A stretch of DNA of 64,000 nucleotides from Phaeosaccion multiseriatum (lineage: Eukaryota > Protista > Ochrophyta, other classes): the NCBI GenBank assembly GCA_965112735.1, contig OZ218950.1:3534001-3598000 (forward strand), read 5' to 3'. A model generated the notes under the pieces. It was given only the letters and a program-made list of their open reading frames with translations, had not been told where the DNA came from and made no database searches. Below, piece by piece: positions 36,432 to 48,045 of the stretch. A program made the translations under genes and the position numbers. Each line of letters starts with the position of its first letter. Position 1 is the first letter of the stretch.

Positions 36432-37868
36432 TTAGCCGATTTGCAGCCCAGTGGCAGAGTCTGCAATTGCTCCTGCCTCAGCAGGAGAAGGAGAAGCAGC
36501 AGCAGGGGCAGCAGCAGCAGTGGCAGGAGCATCAGCAGCAACAGCTGTTGGTTCCACAGCAGGGTCCTCCGGAGGTTGCTGGGATGGTTGCTGAATACCC
36601 AGCTGCGCGCCGGCCCCCTCTGCCTGCAGGGCCTTGGCGATAGCGATGGGGTTGCCCAAGAAACGACCGCTGATGATGCCGATGGAGGACGCGCTGGCGA
36701 TCGGCCGAAGGTCCTTGTCCAAATCGTACACTAGCGCGGTGGCTCGCGGAATGTTGACTTGCTTCAGCAGCGGATTAGGAATCCTATCCATTCGCTTGAT
36801 CATGGCGCGTATGACATTACCGTGCCCAACAATGAGCAGCGTCTTGTTGGCCCGTATCCGCGGAATCATCTCCTCTGTCCACAGCTCCATTGCCCTGGCT
36901 TGGCAATCCTTGAGGCTCTCTGTTTGCGGGCTGCCGCACCACGAGAAGGGAATGTCCATGTCTGTCATCTTGGCGTACTTGGGATCGTTCGGAGGGAAGT
37001 ACCCAACCCCGCCTTCCACGGCGGGCGGAGCAACATCATAGCTTCTCCGCCACTTCTGCACCAAGTCAACCCCAAATTCACTCACTACTTGCTTCTTAAA
37101 CCTGGCAAATTCAATACCAGGAGTAGTAGCGGTGACAGCGGTAGGAGCGGTGGCAGTAGCGAGAGGAGAAAGAGAAAATTAGACTGATCAAGGGAGAGTG
37201 GCCTCGCTCTTCCGATATCCTCTTCCTCCCCGCACCCCCCCCTTCAAACCCAAGCCACGGGAAAGGAACACAGCTGCATCCTACGGGGGACGCTTCAAGG
37301 CCTTCCTCTCTTTCCCTCACCTGCCCTGCAGCGCCCCGTACATTTGCTCGTTGAGTCTCCAGTCCGTGTGTACGGGTATGTAGGCTTTGTCCATGCTTTC
37401 CGCTACCAGCCAGCCTGTCTTGATGGACCGCTTCAAGTACGAGCAGAAAATCTCATCAATATCCATACCAAACTCTTTCAAAGTCTTGCCCGCATCTTGA
37501 GCCTCCTGCATACCCAAGTCGGTGAGCTCACTGTCGTACCAGCCGATGAACCTGCCTACTCTGTTCCACTCGCTCTGTCCGTGGCGCATAAACACCACTC
37601 TGTAAATGGCCTCCTGGCCAGCCGATTCACCCCTTCCCTCGCTCGCATTCATGGACACGCCACCTCCGCCGCCGCATCTTCTTTCCCCTCCTTCTCTCCC
37701 TCTCCGTCTGCTCTTCCTTTGGTGGTTTACAATTTGGCCCCGATAACGAGCACTCGCTCTTCCATTCGCGCCGCTGCTGCTCTTGGAAAGATGAACCACG
37801 GTACCCGGGACCACCAGGGTGTCCCCCACACCCATCAAGAGGGGGAGCACGAGCAGGGCGTGCTTCAT
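36432..37868 (-). CDS. gpmA: 2,3-BPG-dependent phosphoglycerate mutase, signal-peptide bearing (exons 37868-37321, 37101-36432)
   Basis: FMRHGQSEWNRVGRFIGWYD, SYLKRSIKT, WRLNEQMYGALQG, WRRSYDVAPP, TESLKD, VGHGNVIRA. Confidence 0.93.
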
Positions 37869-38170
37869 TTTATACGCCGAGAGCGAGCCAGCCGAGGGTG
37901 GATTTTAGTTTCAGTTCTTTTCTTTTTTTTTCTCCCTCTTCCCTCCTCCCTGAGTGCGTGAACTACAACTGTAGAGAGGGGAGGGAGAGAGCGTGGGTGA
38001 GCGCGTGAGGATATGAGGGGAGGGACACAGTGGAGACATACAATCCTCAATTACTTTGTAGGCCCACAGGAAGTGTGCGACTCTCCATTCTTATTGGCAC
38101 CCATGGCACTGAGTTGCTCTGGGGGCGGTACTCAAACAGGTTCCCACGTTCTTGCCACTGCAGAAGTCTG

Positions 38171-38646
38171 CTAGCCCAGAGGGGGCTGCCGCCATACCAC
38201 CTCCTCAATGTACCCGCAGGAACTTGCCGCCGGAGAGCAGCTCTTGGGGCACGTAAACACGGCCAGGGTCCCCCAATCGATCGCATCTCTTCCCTGCCAC
38301 GCCTCTGGCCCGCTCCTTGATTCCACCCTAGTCTGTTGATCCCCGCCTCCTCCTTCCTCTTCTCCTTGTTGCTGCCCCTGCTGCTGCTTCTCACTGGCAA
38401 GCTTCTCCTCGAGCGCCTTTTCGTACGCGCCGTCGGCCAGGTGAGTGCTCTTCTCGATGCCCAGAAAGTGCAAGAGTTGAGGCATGACCTGGAATTCGAA
38501 CAGGCGCGCCGACCCGCAGTGTGGGCACGGAGGGATATCGCCGCCCTCGGCCTTGGGAACACTCGCAGAGGAGCACCACAGAGGCTTCGCGGCTCCCCAC
38601 CTGGAGTAGCGTAATACCTGGGTGCGAGATTGCAAGCAGGAATTGT

Positions 38647-38691
<45 letters not shown>

Positions 38692-39866
38692 GCAGAAGCG
38701 AGATGAGAGAGAGGCCAAGGAATGACGGGGCGATTGATGAACATTGTGGGGTGGGCGCAAGAAAAAAAGGGCCTGGAGACCTTCGACAAACGACCTTGGA
38801 ATGCAAAGGATACTCTTTTACTATCACCACCTTCCTGTTGTGCACAAGCCATCGGTGGCGCTCTCACCTGACCGCTAGCAGCTGCCACTCGGGAGAGAAA
38901 GCGCAGGGTGGCGGGATCCTTCTCCGCGTTGGCGCCAGAGGCCCCAGTCGCAATGTCGTCGAGCTCCCTCTGGCTCAAAGCGCCATCTTCTCCAGCCTCC
39001 TCCACCTGCACCTCCCCATGCCTGCCCATGAGCGCCTCTTCGTCTCGGAACTTGGCCATCTCCTCCTCGGCCAGGAGCTCTGCTTCAGGGGCCACCTCCA
39101 GCTCAAACTCTTTGAACAACGCGGGGGTGGCAAAGGAAGCGCTGCTACTACTCCTGCTGCTGCTCCCCGCTCGACCGCAAGTTTCCTTGTGTGTTGCCTT
39201 CCAGTGGATGCGCTGGTGCGTCCGGCAGCAATAAAAGGCTGCCTTGCACCGAGAGCAAGAGCTGCTCGCTCGCTGACCGCACAGACTGCAGAGAGTTACT
39301 TCAGTCGGGGGGGAGGAGGAGGAGCAAGAAGAAGAAGAAGAAGCTGGCTCTGCTGCGGATAGGGCACCGCTACTACTAGTACTGCTGCTGCTCCCGCTGC
39401 CACTCGCGGTGCCTGCTCCTAAGCTACTGGGCTCGTACGGATAAAAGTCGTTCTTCTGTGGCAGCTGGCAGCGAAGAACCTTCAAGCCATGCCCAGCCTG
39501 TATACACAAGGACTTGTGACAGCTGAACACGTACATCGCTCTGTGAAAGGCGCCTTCGACGTCGTCCAGCGGGCAGTAGATGAGCAGAAGGAAGGCCAGG
39601 GGCTCCCGGCACTGCCCGCACTCCATATCCGCTGTGGCCGGCAAGTCCCTCGGATTGAGCCACAGCGGTCGACCCCCGATCTTTCCGCCATCCCACCGAT
39701 GCCAGTCCTGGTCCTCAAAGAGTAGAGGGGCCATGTCCTTTGCCCCCGAGCTCTCCGTAATGAAGCCGAGCTCGACTCCGCTTTCCGTCTCTTCAAACTC
39801 CTCGTCGTCGTCCTCCTCCTCTTCCATACTCACGGCAGTAGTAGCAGCTGGATGACCCGGTTCCAT
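38171..39866 (-). CDS. PDCD2: Programmed cell death protein 2 (MYND finger + PDCD2_C; exons 39866-38868, 38617-38171)
   Basis: GKIGGRPLWL, CGQC..LLIYCP, LKVLRCQLP, MYND CSLC..CSRC..YCCRTHQRIHW, Q|VLRY, CPHCGSARLFEFQVMPQLL, DWGTLAVFTC. Confidence 0.93.
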
Positions 39867-40020
39867 TACTGGCACTGCTCTTTTGCTTCTTCTACTCTGC
39901 TGTTTGCCACCGCGAGAGTGATTGATGCTCCTTCGCACGTTGGTGCTCTAAGAATCGCCATCTGATGAGGGTAGGGAGGGATGCGAGGCGGCGCACCACC
40001 TAGGCTAATTACCCTCTAAC

Positions 40021-41058
40021 ATGCTTCGAGTAACAACTTTGACGACTCTCATCGTTGTGGTCTCCTCCAGCAGCGGGGAGGAGGAGGTGGACGTGGACGC
40101 AACGACAACCCCATCAGACAACGCCCTCGAGCAGGAGCAGCAAGAAGAAAAAAAGGATGGGTCGTTGATCTTGCGCTTCCTGAACGCCATGCAGGATGCT
40201 GCCATGCCTCAGCTTCCTTCAGCACTGGAGCGATATGTGGTGTGGTTCGACGGTTTCGGCGAAGAACAACTGGGATTTCCTCACTTGACCGTGTCCGTGC
40301 TGTTGGGGGCGGTGGTGGCAACTGCCATTTGGCTACTCCTCTTGCCTGTCCATAGGGCCAGCTCTCGGGGCGCAGAACGTAGCGGTAGTGGCGGTGGTGG
40401 TGGCGGGGGTCGGAAGAAGGTGCTCCTGGTGGGTCCCCCAGGGGTGGGGAAGACGGTGCTGGCCAATCAGCTCTGCAAAGGGTGGGCTCCTGCCACGGTG
40501 ACCACCATGGTGGCGGTGGACTACGAATACCAAGGTCGTGCTGGCGGCAAAGGTGCAGCACCCGCAGTGGCTATTACAGACTTTCCCGGCCACGAAAGGT
40601 TACGCTCTGGCCTGCGGCAGGCCCTGCTCCAGAGCAAGGGCGTGGTGTTCGTGCTTGACGGCTCGGACTTGAGCGGTGGGGGCCGCGCAGCAGCGGACCT
40701 CTTGTTCACTCTCCTTACTGATCCGGCCATGGAAAAGGTGCGCGGCTTGTTGATTGTGGCCAACAAGTGCGATACTCGCGTGGTGAAGGTCCACCGTGTC
40801 AAGGCCATGCTTCAGCGCGAGCTGGAGAAGCTGAGATCCACACGCAGCTTGGTAGGGGCGGCCGCCATGGGCGAAGTGGGCCAAGACGACGACTTTTCTT
40901 CGCATCAGCAGACAGAGCAAGGGAGTGTGCCACTGGGCAGGCAGAACCAGCCCCTTGATCTGGAGGTGGACTCGCCCTGTCCACTCACTGTGGCCACGTG
41001 TTCCGCAAAGGAGGGCCAGTTGGAGGCGGTTTCTGCATTCATTGCGTCGCTACACTGA
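40021..41058 (+). CDS. SRPRB: Signal recognition particle receptor beta subunit (GTPase), intronless
   Basis: TM anchor then VLLVGPPGVGKT, TVTTM, DFPGHERLR, VVFVLD, LIVANKCD, LQRELEKLRSTRS, CSAK. Confidence 0.85.
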   Translation: MLRVTTLTTLIVVVSSSSGEEEVDVDATTTPSDNALEQEQQEEKKDGSLILRFLNAMQDAAMPQLPSALERYVVWFDGFGEEQLGFPHLTVSVLLGAVVATAIWLLLLPVHRASSRGAERSGSGGGGGGGRKKVLLVGPPGVGKTVLANQLCKGWAPATVTTMVAVDYEYQGRAGGKGAAPAVAITDFPGHERLRSGLRQALLQSKGVVFVLDGSDLSGGGRAAADLLFTLLTDPAMEKVRGLLIVANKCDTRVVKVHRVKAMLQRELEKLRSTRSLVGAAAMGEVGQDDDFSSHQQTEQGSVPLGRQNQPLDLEVDSPCPLTVATCSAKEGQLEAVSAFIASLH

Positions 41059-41328
41059 CATTGAAGCGGGGCGGGGAGCAGCTCGAGAGCAGCAGCGACG
41101 GCGGCCTGAGCGACAAACTCTAGCCATCGAACATTCTGCCCTGCAGCATGCAGCAGCGCCGCCTATATTACACGCCGGAAGGATGTCTCGGTTCAGAAAA
41201 CACGTCATGTACTTCTGTAAAAAATGAAGCGCTTATGGACGCACGGGTGGTACGAACATGGGCAAATTTACAAATCAGTTCCCGTGCGTAACTATGTAGT
41301 TCAGCTTCTCTGGTCGAACTATTCCGAA

Positions 41329-42990
41329 CTATGGGGCCTCATGCTGCTGGCGCCGCAGCTTGGGTCGGGCGATGGTCACATTCAGGATGTGGTCCGGGTC
41401 CTCTTCAGACATGGGCTGGCCGTTCTTCTCACACGCGTGGTTCGCCTGCTCCGGAGTACCGAGGTACACAAACGCGTAGCCCTTGGACCCGAAGCACCGC
41501 ACCTTGTCCACCTCTCCGTACGCCCCAAACACCTCCTTGAGCTTACTCACCAGCCCCTCCTCCTCGTCCCGCGACTCCAGTCGGGGAAGTCCGCTCACAT
41601 GCACCGTGTTCGACTGGGGCCCACCGCCCGCGCTCGTTGCCCCTATCCTTCGATCAAACTCCTCCACAGACGGCAGGCCGGGGATTCTCTTTTTGTTTCC
41701 CCACCAAATCTGATGCACCACGCACTTTTGCTTCTTGCGGTACTCATCCGCCTCCGGAATCTCCAGCACTAGCTCCTCCTCGTGCGCCCAATCTTCTAGC
41801 GGGGTGCGATGCAAAAAGCTCTCCCAGTACAGGCCGTCAATAGCCACGTGGAATGCCCTCGAGTCGACCTGCACGGCCAAATCCAGCGTATTGTTGAACA
41901 TTGGTGCAATCTCAAACTGCCGCTCCAGCTTGCTCAGAGGGCAGTTGGTGGCGCGGCCCCAAGTGCTGGCCTTGCGGTCGTTTTGGACCAGCGTACCTCC
42001 TCGCTCCCGAGCACGGGGATTGAAGTGATAAAGAACGTGCTGGAATTTCATTTCGTCCATTTCGTGGTGCTTGGGGCATATGGATATGCACCATGTTTCA
42101 CTCTCCTTGGGCACGGTCACCCTCATCACCAGGGTCTGCCTCCCGTCTGGCCCGCTGACCCGAAAGCCTGGCAGACGAAGCTCCAATCCCTCGTCAGCCT
42201 CTCGAGAGTCCCAGTCCTCGCTCCGGATCATGTCCTCCGCGCCGAAAGAGTCTGGGTCGAGCACTCTGCTCACGTTAGGGGCCACTGTAGTCGTGTTCAC
42301 TCCCTGCACCCGCGCTCGCTTCCGTCTCTCCTCTTGGGATGGCTCTGCGGCAGAAGACCCTGCTTCAGGAGTAGCAACAGCCGCCGTCGCCGATGCAGGA
42401 GGAGCAGGAGGAGGAGGTCTTCCCGCGACGGAAGAGGAACCGCCTGCTGCGGTGGCTGCAGCCTTCCTGTCCAACTCTTCCCTTCTCTTCAAGTTCTTCG
42501 CCAGAACGGCCTTCTTCTCACGCATTATCGCACTCTCCGTTTCACCATCACCGTCGCTACCACCCTTCGCCGGTACAGTACTTGTGCTGCCGGAAGGAGG
42601 GGGGGGTGGAGGAGCTGAAGCGCCACTGGATGTGCCCCCCCCCGAGCCCTGTAGACTCGGAAACTGCGGCTGCACTGCTTGTGGTTGAATTGACGCCACT
42701 CCTGCCCCGCCGCCTTTCCTGCCCTTCGTCGATTGTATGTAAAGTGCCACCCTGTCCTTCGCACTCAGATTTCCTGCTGCTGCGCCCGTACCTTGGCCGA
42801 GCTTGGCCGCCAAGCTCTGCCCCTTTCCCGCATCCTCCTTAGCACTACCCTTGGACACTTTCGGCCCTCCTCCGGCCGCCGGGAGAGGAGGGAGCTTGGC
42901 GTAAAATGCCTGAAGCTCTACCTCCGCCTCCGTTAGTGCTTTCCCCTTCAAGCTGAGGTCATGCTTGCCCCTCGCAGCCGTTTTCGCCAT
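41329..42990 (-). CDS. Protein with galectin-like domain and C-terminal RRM, intronless
   Basis: HVLYHFNPRARERGGTLVQNDRKASTWG (galectin HxNPR...VxN...WG), FHVAIDG..FLHR; RRM TVHVSGLP...KGYAFVYL...A..A....NG...LNVTIARPK. Confidence 0.8.
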   Translation of the reverse strand: MAKTAARGKHDLSLKGKALTEAEVELQAFYAKLPPLPAAGGGPKVSKGSAKEDAGKGQSLAAKLGQGTGAAAGNLSAKDRVALYIQSTKGRKGGGAGVASIQPQAVQPQFPSLQGSGGGTSSGASAPPPPPPSGSTSTVPAKGGSDGDGETESAIMREKKAVLAKNLKRREELDRKAAATAAGGSSSVAGRPPPPAPPASATAAVATPEAGSSAAEPSQEERRKRARVQGVNTTTVAPNVSRVLDPDSFGAEDMIRSEDWDSREADEGLELRLPGFRVSGPDGRQTLVMRVTVPKESETWCISICPKHHEMDEMKFQHVLYHFNPRARERGGTLVQNDRKASTWGRATNCPLSKLERQFEIAPMFNNTLDLAVQVDSRAFHVAIDGLYWESFLHRTPLEDWAHEEELVLEIPEADEYRKKQKCVVHQIWWGNKKRIPGLPSVEEFDRRIGATSAGGGPQSNTVHVSGLPRLESRDEEEGLVSKLKEVFGAYGEVDKVRCFGSKGYAFVYLGTPEQANHACEKNGQPMSEEDPDHILNVTIARPKLRRQQHEAP

Positions 42991-43160
42991 CGGCCCTCTC
43001 TGAGCTTCAAGCAACCCAAAGCCGCGAAACCGAGAGGTGAAGAAGTTAATTAAGATAAAGTGAAGGGAGAAGAGAGAGCAGAGAAGGGAGGGATAGAAAG
43101 GGGGGAGGGGCGAAGAATATGTCAATGGGCGGGTTGGTACTCTGTTTTGTGCCGTCTTTT

Positions 43161-43347
43161 GTGTGTGTGTGTGAATGTGTGTGCGTGTGCGTGTCAGTGT
43201 GTGTGTGTGTGTGTCTGTGTGTGTGTGTGCGTGTGAATGTGTGTGCGTGTGAGTGTGTGTGTGTGCATGTGTGTGTGCGTGTGGGTGTCTGTGCGTGTGT
43301 GTGTGGGTGGGTGGGTGGGTGCGCGCGGGCTGAGCGTGTGTATGTGT
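43161..43347. repeat. Imperfect (GT)n microsatellite
   Basis: About 190 bp of GT/GC/GGGT repeats. Confidence 0.95.
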
Positions 43348-44188
43348 AGCCAGCCCGCCGAACAAACTCGGCTCGGCCACAGTACGGCACGGAAAGAGGT
43401 TTGGTCAAGGGCCGGGCAGCGACCCAGAGAGTCACCCGCTCACCAGCTCCAGGCGAGTACAGATGCGAGGCCCCTTTTTGGGGAAGGGGAGGGGACTTTC
43501 CCGGCTCTCTGTACCAGCAACGCCTGACGCGACGGGGGGCTTTGTCCCCCGAAGACTCGATTGTCGAGACTTCAGACTAGAGGCAGGCAGAGAGAGAGAG
43601 AGGATGGGGAGGAGAAAATAAACCTCGGGCGCGTTCTTGATTTCGAAACTTGTGCATGTTTAGGGGCCATCGGGCCAGAGAATGTGTGATAAAGATCGAT
43701 CATGTATATTTCGAGTTTTGGTGCTCGTGTAAGTACTATGCCTTTTAGAGCAGAAAAAGAGTTGTAAGTGCAAATCAAAAGGTATGTGCAAGATGAGCAA
43801 GATGGATGTGTGTGTATGTGCATATACGTGACCTCCGCACGCCAAAAAAAGCCGCCAAGAATACAACCGCAACAGAGACCCCGCCCCAGCGACATCCCAA
43901 TACAATATATACAAGACACGATTGTTATCCCTCCTCTTCCTTTGCTTTCCCTTGGATGAGAGGAAGGAAGCAAGAGAGGAGCAAGAACAAGGACACAAAC
44001 ATAGAGCAAAGGCGAGTCCAGGCCATTGAAAGTGGTGCCCGACCTAAGCGTGAAGAGAAAAGAAAGACAACAAACAACATCGCAAGACAAGTAAAGGCTG
44101 CAGGCACATCCATCCAGGAGGCTACCTCTCTGCGCCTTGTGCTGCTCCTGCCCCCGCCACCACGGCAGCTCCAGCCCCCCCTCCCTCC

Positions 44189-44583
44189 TTATGCCCAGCC
44201 GCTGTTGTCTTCGTCGCAGAAGTTGAGCTTGGCCCCTGCCCCGAAGAAGTGCGTGGCGCTCGAGTCGTAGGCGCGAGCTGCCTCCTTTTCTGAGTCAAAC
44301 ACTCCCAGATACTTTTGCTTTCGTCCGATGTAGATCACTGAGCGCCACTTTCCGGCTCGTGTAATGCAAACTCCCTTGTACTGCGACATGCCGCGAGGCC
44401 CTCTCCGACCGGAGGCTTGGACGCGAAGAGTAGAGTCGCCGCCCTCGTCTTCGGCTCCGTCCCCTCCGGCCTCCTTGCCTCCGCGCTTTCGCTTCCTCTC
44501 CCGCTCCATCCGCTTGGCCTGCTGTTGTTGCGGCGGTGGCGGCGGCGGCTGCTGCTGTTGTTGTTGCTGTTGTTTCAGCAGCA

Positions 44584-44621
<38 letters not shown>

Positions 44622-45061
44622 AAGAAGGACTGCTGGGTCCCGCCGAAGGCAGTCTCTCCCAGGAAGAGTAAGGCGTCGTCCCTCTCCGGGCTGGCTGAGC
44701 GGTAGCCCGAGGAGGAGAAGGGGGGGGAGAGTGTAATACTCTCCGAGGACGACGATGACGAGGAAGGAGAGAAGGAGGGCGACCAAGAGGAAGAAGCTGG
44801 CTCGGAAGCGTCATAGTCATCGCTATCCAGGTGCTTCATGTCCGGTGCCACAGCGCTCAGCAAGCACTCCCAGTCCGAATTCTTCCTCCGCTTGGGCTGA
44901 ACCCTTGACCCTGAGAGGTAGCTTCGGTGGTGAGGTGCTGAAGGCTGGTACCGGAAGCATGGCACCAGAGGCGGCCGAACATCGCAACTCGTCATCATGT
45001 TTCCCGCAGAAAGCCTCCCCACGTGGCAAAGCGTATCCTCTTGCTTCGTCATCAGCCTCAT
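44189..45061 (-). CDS. AP2/ERF-domain transcription factor (5' end uncertain; an upstream exon near 45347 is possible)
   Basis: SQYKGVCITRAGKWRSVIYIGRKQKYLGVFDSEKEAARAYD.......GAGAKLNF; poly-Q tract and basic NLS-like stretch. Confidence 0.85.
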
Positions 45062-45710
45062 TGGCAGCACCACTACTGCACCCTTCGCTTGTCCTATCGC
45101 TCCCGCCTTTGTCTCCTGCTGTCTTGTCCTCTCCCTCCCTGGGCTTCTGAGAGTTTGAACAATTAAGAAAGGCAAAGCGGAAAGGATAGGAACAATTAAA
45201 ATAAACATCAAGACAGCGCTGCGTGCGAAACCACCTAATAGAGCACCCGCAGTGACAGACCAGTGTATCTATATCTAGGGCCCGGGCTGTGCCAGTCAGG
45301 GTTGTTCATGCCCTGTCCACGCGGCGGACCCGCCTTCTTGTCTCACCTGTGAAGTGAATTTTTGTGCCCCTCGCACTCCAGCGCCCGCTCCGATGATGGG
45401 AGCTTCAAAGCGCGGGTGGTAGAGGTCTGGAAGTGGTTTATGGGAAGACTTCTTGTGCTCCTTGGTTTCTTCTCTCTCCTTCTCCCTCTTATTCGCTCTG
45501 TGAATCGTGACCTGGGCGATTTTTTAACGTTTGCTGACACCCCCCTGGGGACACGCGTGGGGGGGGGCGGGTCAACACACTGGGCACGGCCCCAGAGAGA
45601 GAGGAGCGAGAGAGAGCGCGAGCAGGAGAGAGAGGATAATAGAGACGCGTGTTCACTCACACCAACGGGGAACGGGGCACATGTTCGCACATCTTGCTGC
45701 AAGGCCACCA

Positions 45711-47226
45711 ATGGGAAATAAATTTTCCCTCTTCTTATAAAGGAGGGAGCTGCGTGAGAAGGCTGCAGGAGAGCAAATCTCCCCCCTTTTTTTTTGTAAC
45801 GTAGGCATGGGAAATGACTTGGGGAATGGCCAGCGCTACGCAGGAGCTGCAGGCAAAGTTCTTTGAACACGCCAAGCGGGAAGGCAACCCTTACGAGGGC
45901 AGAGTTTAGGTGAGAGAGGTGAAGAAGAGAGATTGAAGCTCGCCCAGTGGCCTCTGTCGCACTCGAGGAGGTGAGGGGGGGAGGTGTGGCTAGAGGAGGT
46001 TTTGGGAGAGGAGAGGCAAAGAGGAGGGTGGGTGGAGCAGGATAGGCATGCGCCCTTCTCGCTCGCACAATATAAGTAGACGGGACTGTGCATGCCCTAG
46101 TGTAGCGCGCGCATGGTGGCTCAACCTTTGCCGCCCTCCAACCTTTTTTCTTCTTTCGCTCTGCTCACACATGCAGAGGGGCGCTGGAGCTGGCTGGGAT
46201 CAACGAATCCGACTAGGAGATCTTAAGAGCGCCTCTTTGCCATGTTTGACAGGACAGGCAACGATTTACTCCAAGGACTTGGTGGTGGGCCTGGCCCCGC
46301 TCTGCCATAGACATGTAAGCATGTGAGTGGAAGCTGCTGTTTACTTGAGGACTCTCTCGTTCTCTCTATTCTCGTCATTTCTCTCTCTCACTCATTTACA
46401 CCTTCCTCTCTTGTCGTTTCTGTCTGGTGTCTCTCCCTCCTCTCTCTCTAATGTGCATGTGTGTGCATATGTTTCTTCTCTGTGTGTGCATGCGTGTTCC
46501 TATCCCTCTCGCTCTCTTTTCTTGGCGCCTCTCGACGCTGATGCCGCTGCCTCTCTCCCCCTCCCCCAACCTCCTCTCCCCTGCCCACCTCCCGCCCCGC
46601 GCCTCCTCAGTCTCATTCGAGCTGTTCGATGTGACTGCCAGCGGGCAGATTAGCCCCGAGGAGATGGAGTCCGTTTTTTTTTACCCGCCATCAACGAGAC
46701 TGCGAGCTACTTTGGAGACCCAGTGGTCAAGAGGGAGGTGGGTGGTGATGGATAGTGCACAAAGAGAAGGGGGGGGGGGGGGGGGGTAATGAGTTGATTA
46801 TTTCGGTTCGGGGAAGGAGGAGGGGAGAGGGGATGGGAAGAGGGCAGAAGGATGAAAAGATGAGGGGGGGAGGAGGGCTTTGGATTGGAGTGAAGTAGAG
46901 CGGAGTGGAGTGGATTGGAGGGCTGCTGTGCCCTGTACGATGGCCAGGGGGGGGGGCAGATGCACCAAAGCAACAGGCAAGGCAGCTTTGTCGCTCTGCC
47001 ACTCTATCTTGCGCAGGCGGCGAGCAATGCGCCTATCTCTCCCTTTCCTCTCACTCCTCCTCCTCCTCCTCCTCTGCAGGAGATCAAGACACTGGTGAAG
47101 GACATTTGCGCAGAGACGGACACGAGCAACACGGGCACTCTCAACCATAAGGAGTACCTCAATGCGGTAGCCGGGCACCACGTGTTGGTGCAGTTCATCA
47201 ACGGACAAGGCACCGTAGGTGTCTAG
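45711..47226 (+). pseudogene. Calcineurin-B-like / NCS EF-hand pseudogene with introns
   Basis: MGNKFS myristoylation-type start. Reconstructed across frameshifts: ALELAGINESD*EIL/ERLFAMFDRTGND, SFELFDVTASGQISPEEM, AINETASYFGDP, DTSNTGTLNHKEY. TAG at 46214-6 and several indels. Confidence 0.75.
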
Positions 47227-47555
47227 AAAAGGGGGGGCATTTGGAACTTGAGAAGAGAATCAGAACAGTTGAGGAGAGTATCTGAGAAGCTCACAAGCCC
47301 TCCAGCCCCGTGTGTGTATGCTGTCGGGCTTGATGCGCCAGTTCAGTAGTCAAGGCAGATATAGTTGAGCTTGGCCCCGGCCCCTCGGGGAGCCTTCCAT
47401 GGTGGTCCACTGGCGAACGGGATGGCAGCAGAAGGGCGATCAATGCGTACTGATGCATCGGTGTCACAGCGCGAGGGCTTAGTATGGAGGTAGTACGCTG
47501 CGAGCGTTGCTGCTACTGCCAGGCTGGGATGGTGGTGTGGCTGGAGGACTTTTCT

Positions 47556-48045
47556 CTACCACCTTTTTGTAGAGAGCGAGCGGAAGTCTTGTAAGTATAT
47601 GTAAATATGAATAGAGAGAATGTACAGAACACGAGAAGGGAGAGGAAAGACGAGAGACGATGTGCCATGCAGGCACTCCAAGAAGCGATGGCCGTCCACG
47701 GTACTCACGTCACTGCGGGCCATCTCCGTCACCATGAGCAACTGCTTGATGCCAATCGGCTTGGTCATGACATTGACAATCGAGTCCATGTCCGCCTGAC
47801 TCATGGGTACAAGCTCCCTCAGAACGGTCTTGATCTCATCCGGGCTCTGCAGCTCCGGCACATGGGGAGACACGTTGAGCACATCCACGAGCTCGAGTTC
47901 CTCCAAGGTAGACGGGATGGTCGTGGTCGTCACCACCATCACGCCATGACCAGTGGAAGGAGGAGACTTGTTGAGCAGGGCTGGGAGGGCCTGGAGTGAT
48001 GCGTTCGAGGCCGTCGATGAGGGACAGGGGGGATTTTTTGTAGGC
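47556..48045 (-). pseudogene. NSF: 3' fragment of NSF/Sec18 vesicle-fusion ATPase (D2 C-terminus)
   Basis: AYKKSPLSLIDGLERI / LQALPALLNKSPP..VMVVTTT..LEELELVDVLNVSPHVP..PIGIKQLLMVTEMAR; internal deletion with frameshift; no 5' part. Confidence 0.8.

Noticed and set aside
42991-43380. His/Thr-rich N-terminus of the 683-aa ORF
   Set aside because: It is a translated (CA)n microsatellite with a non-ATG start; the first ATG is at 42990.
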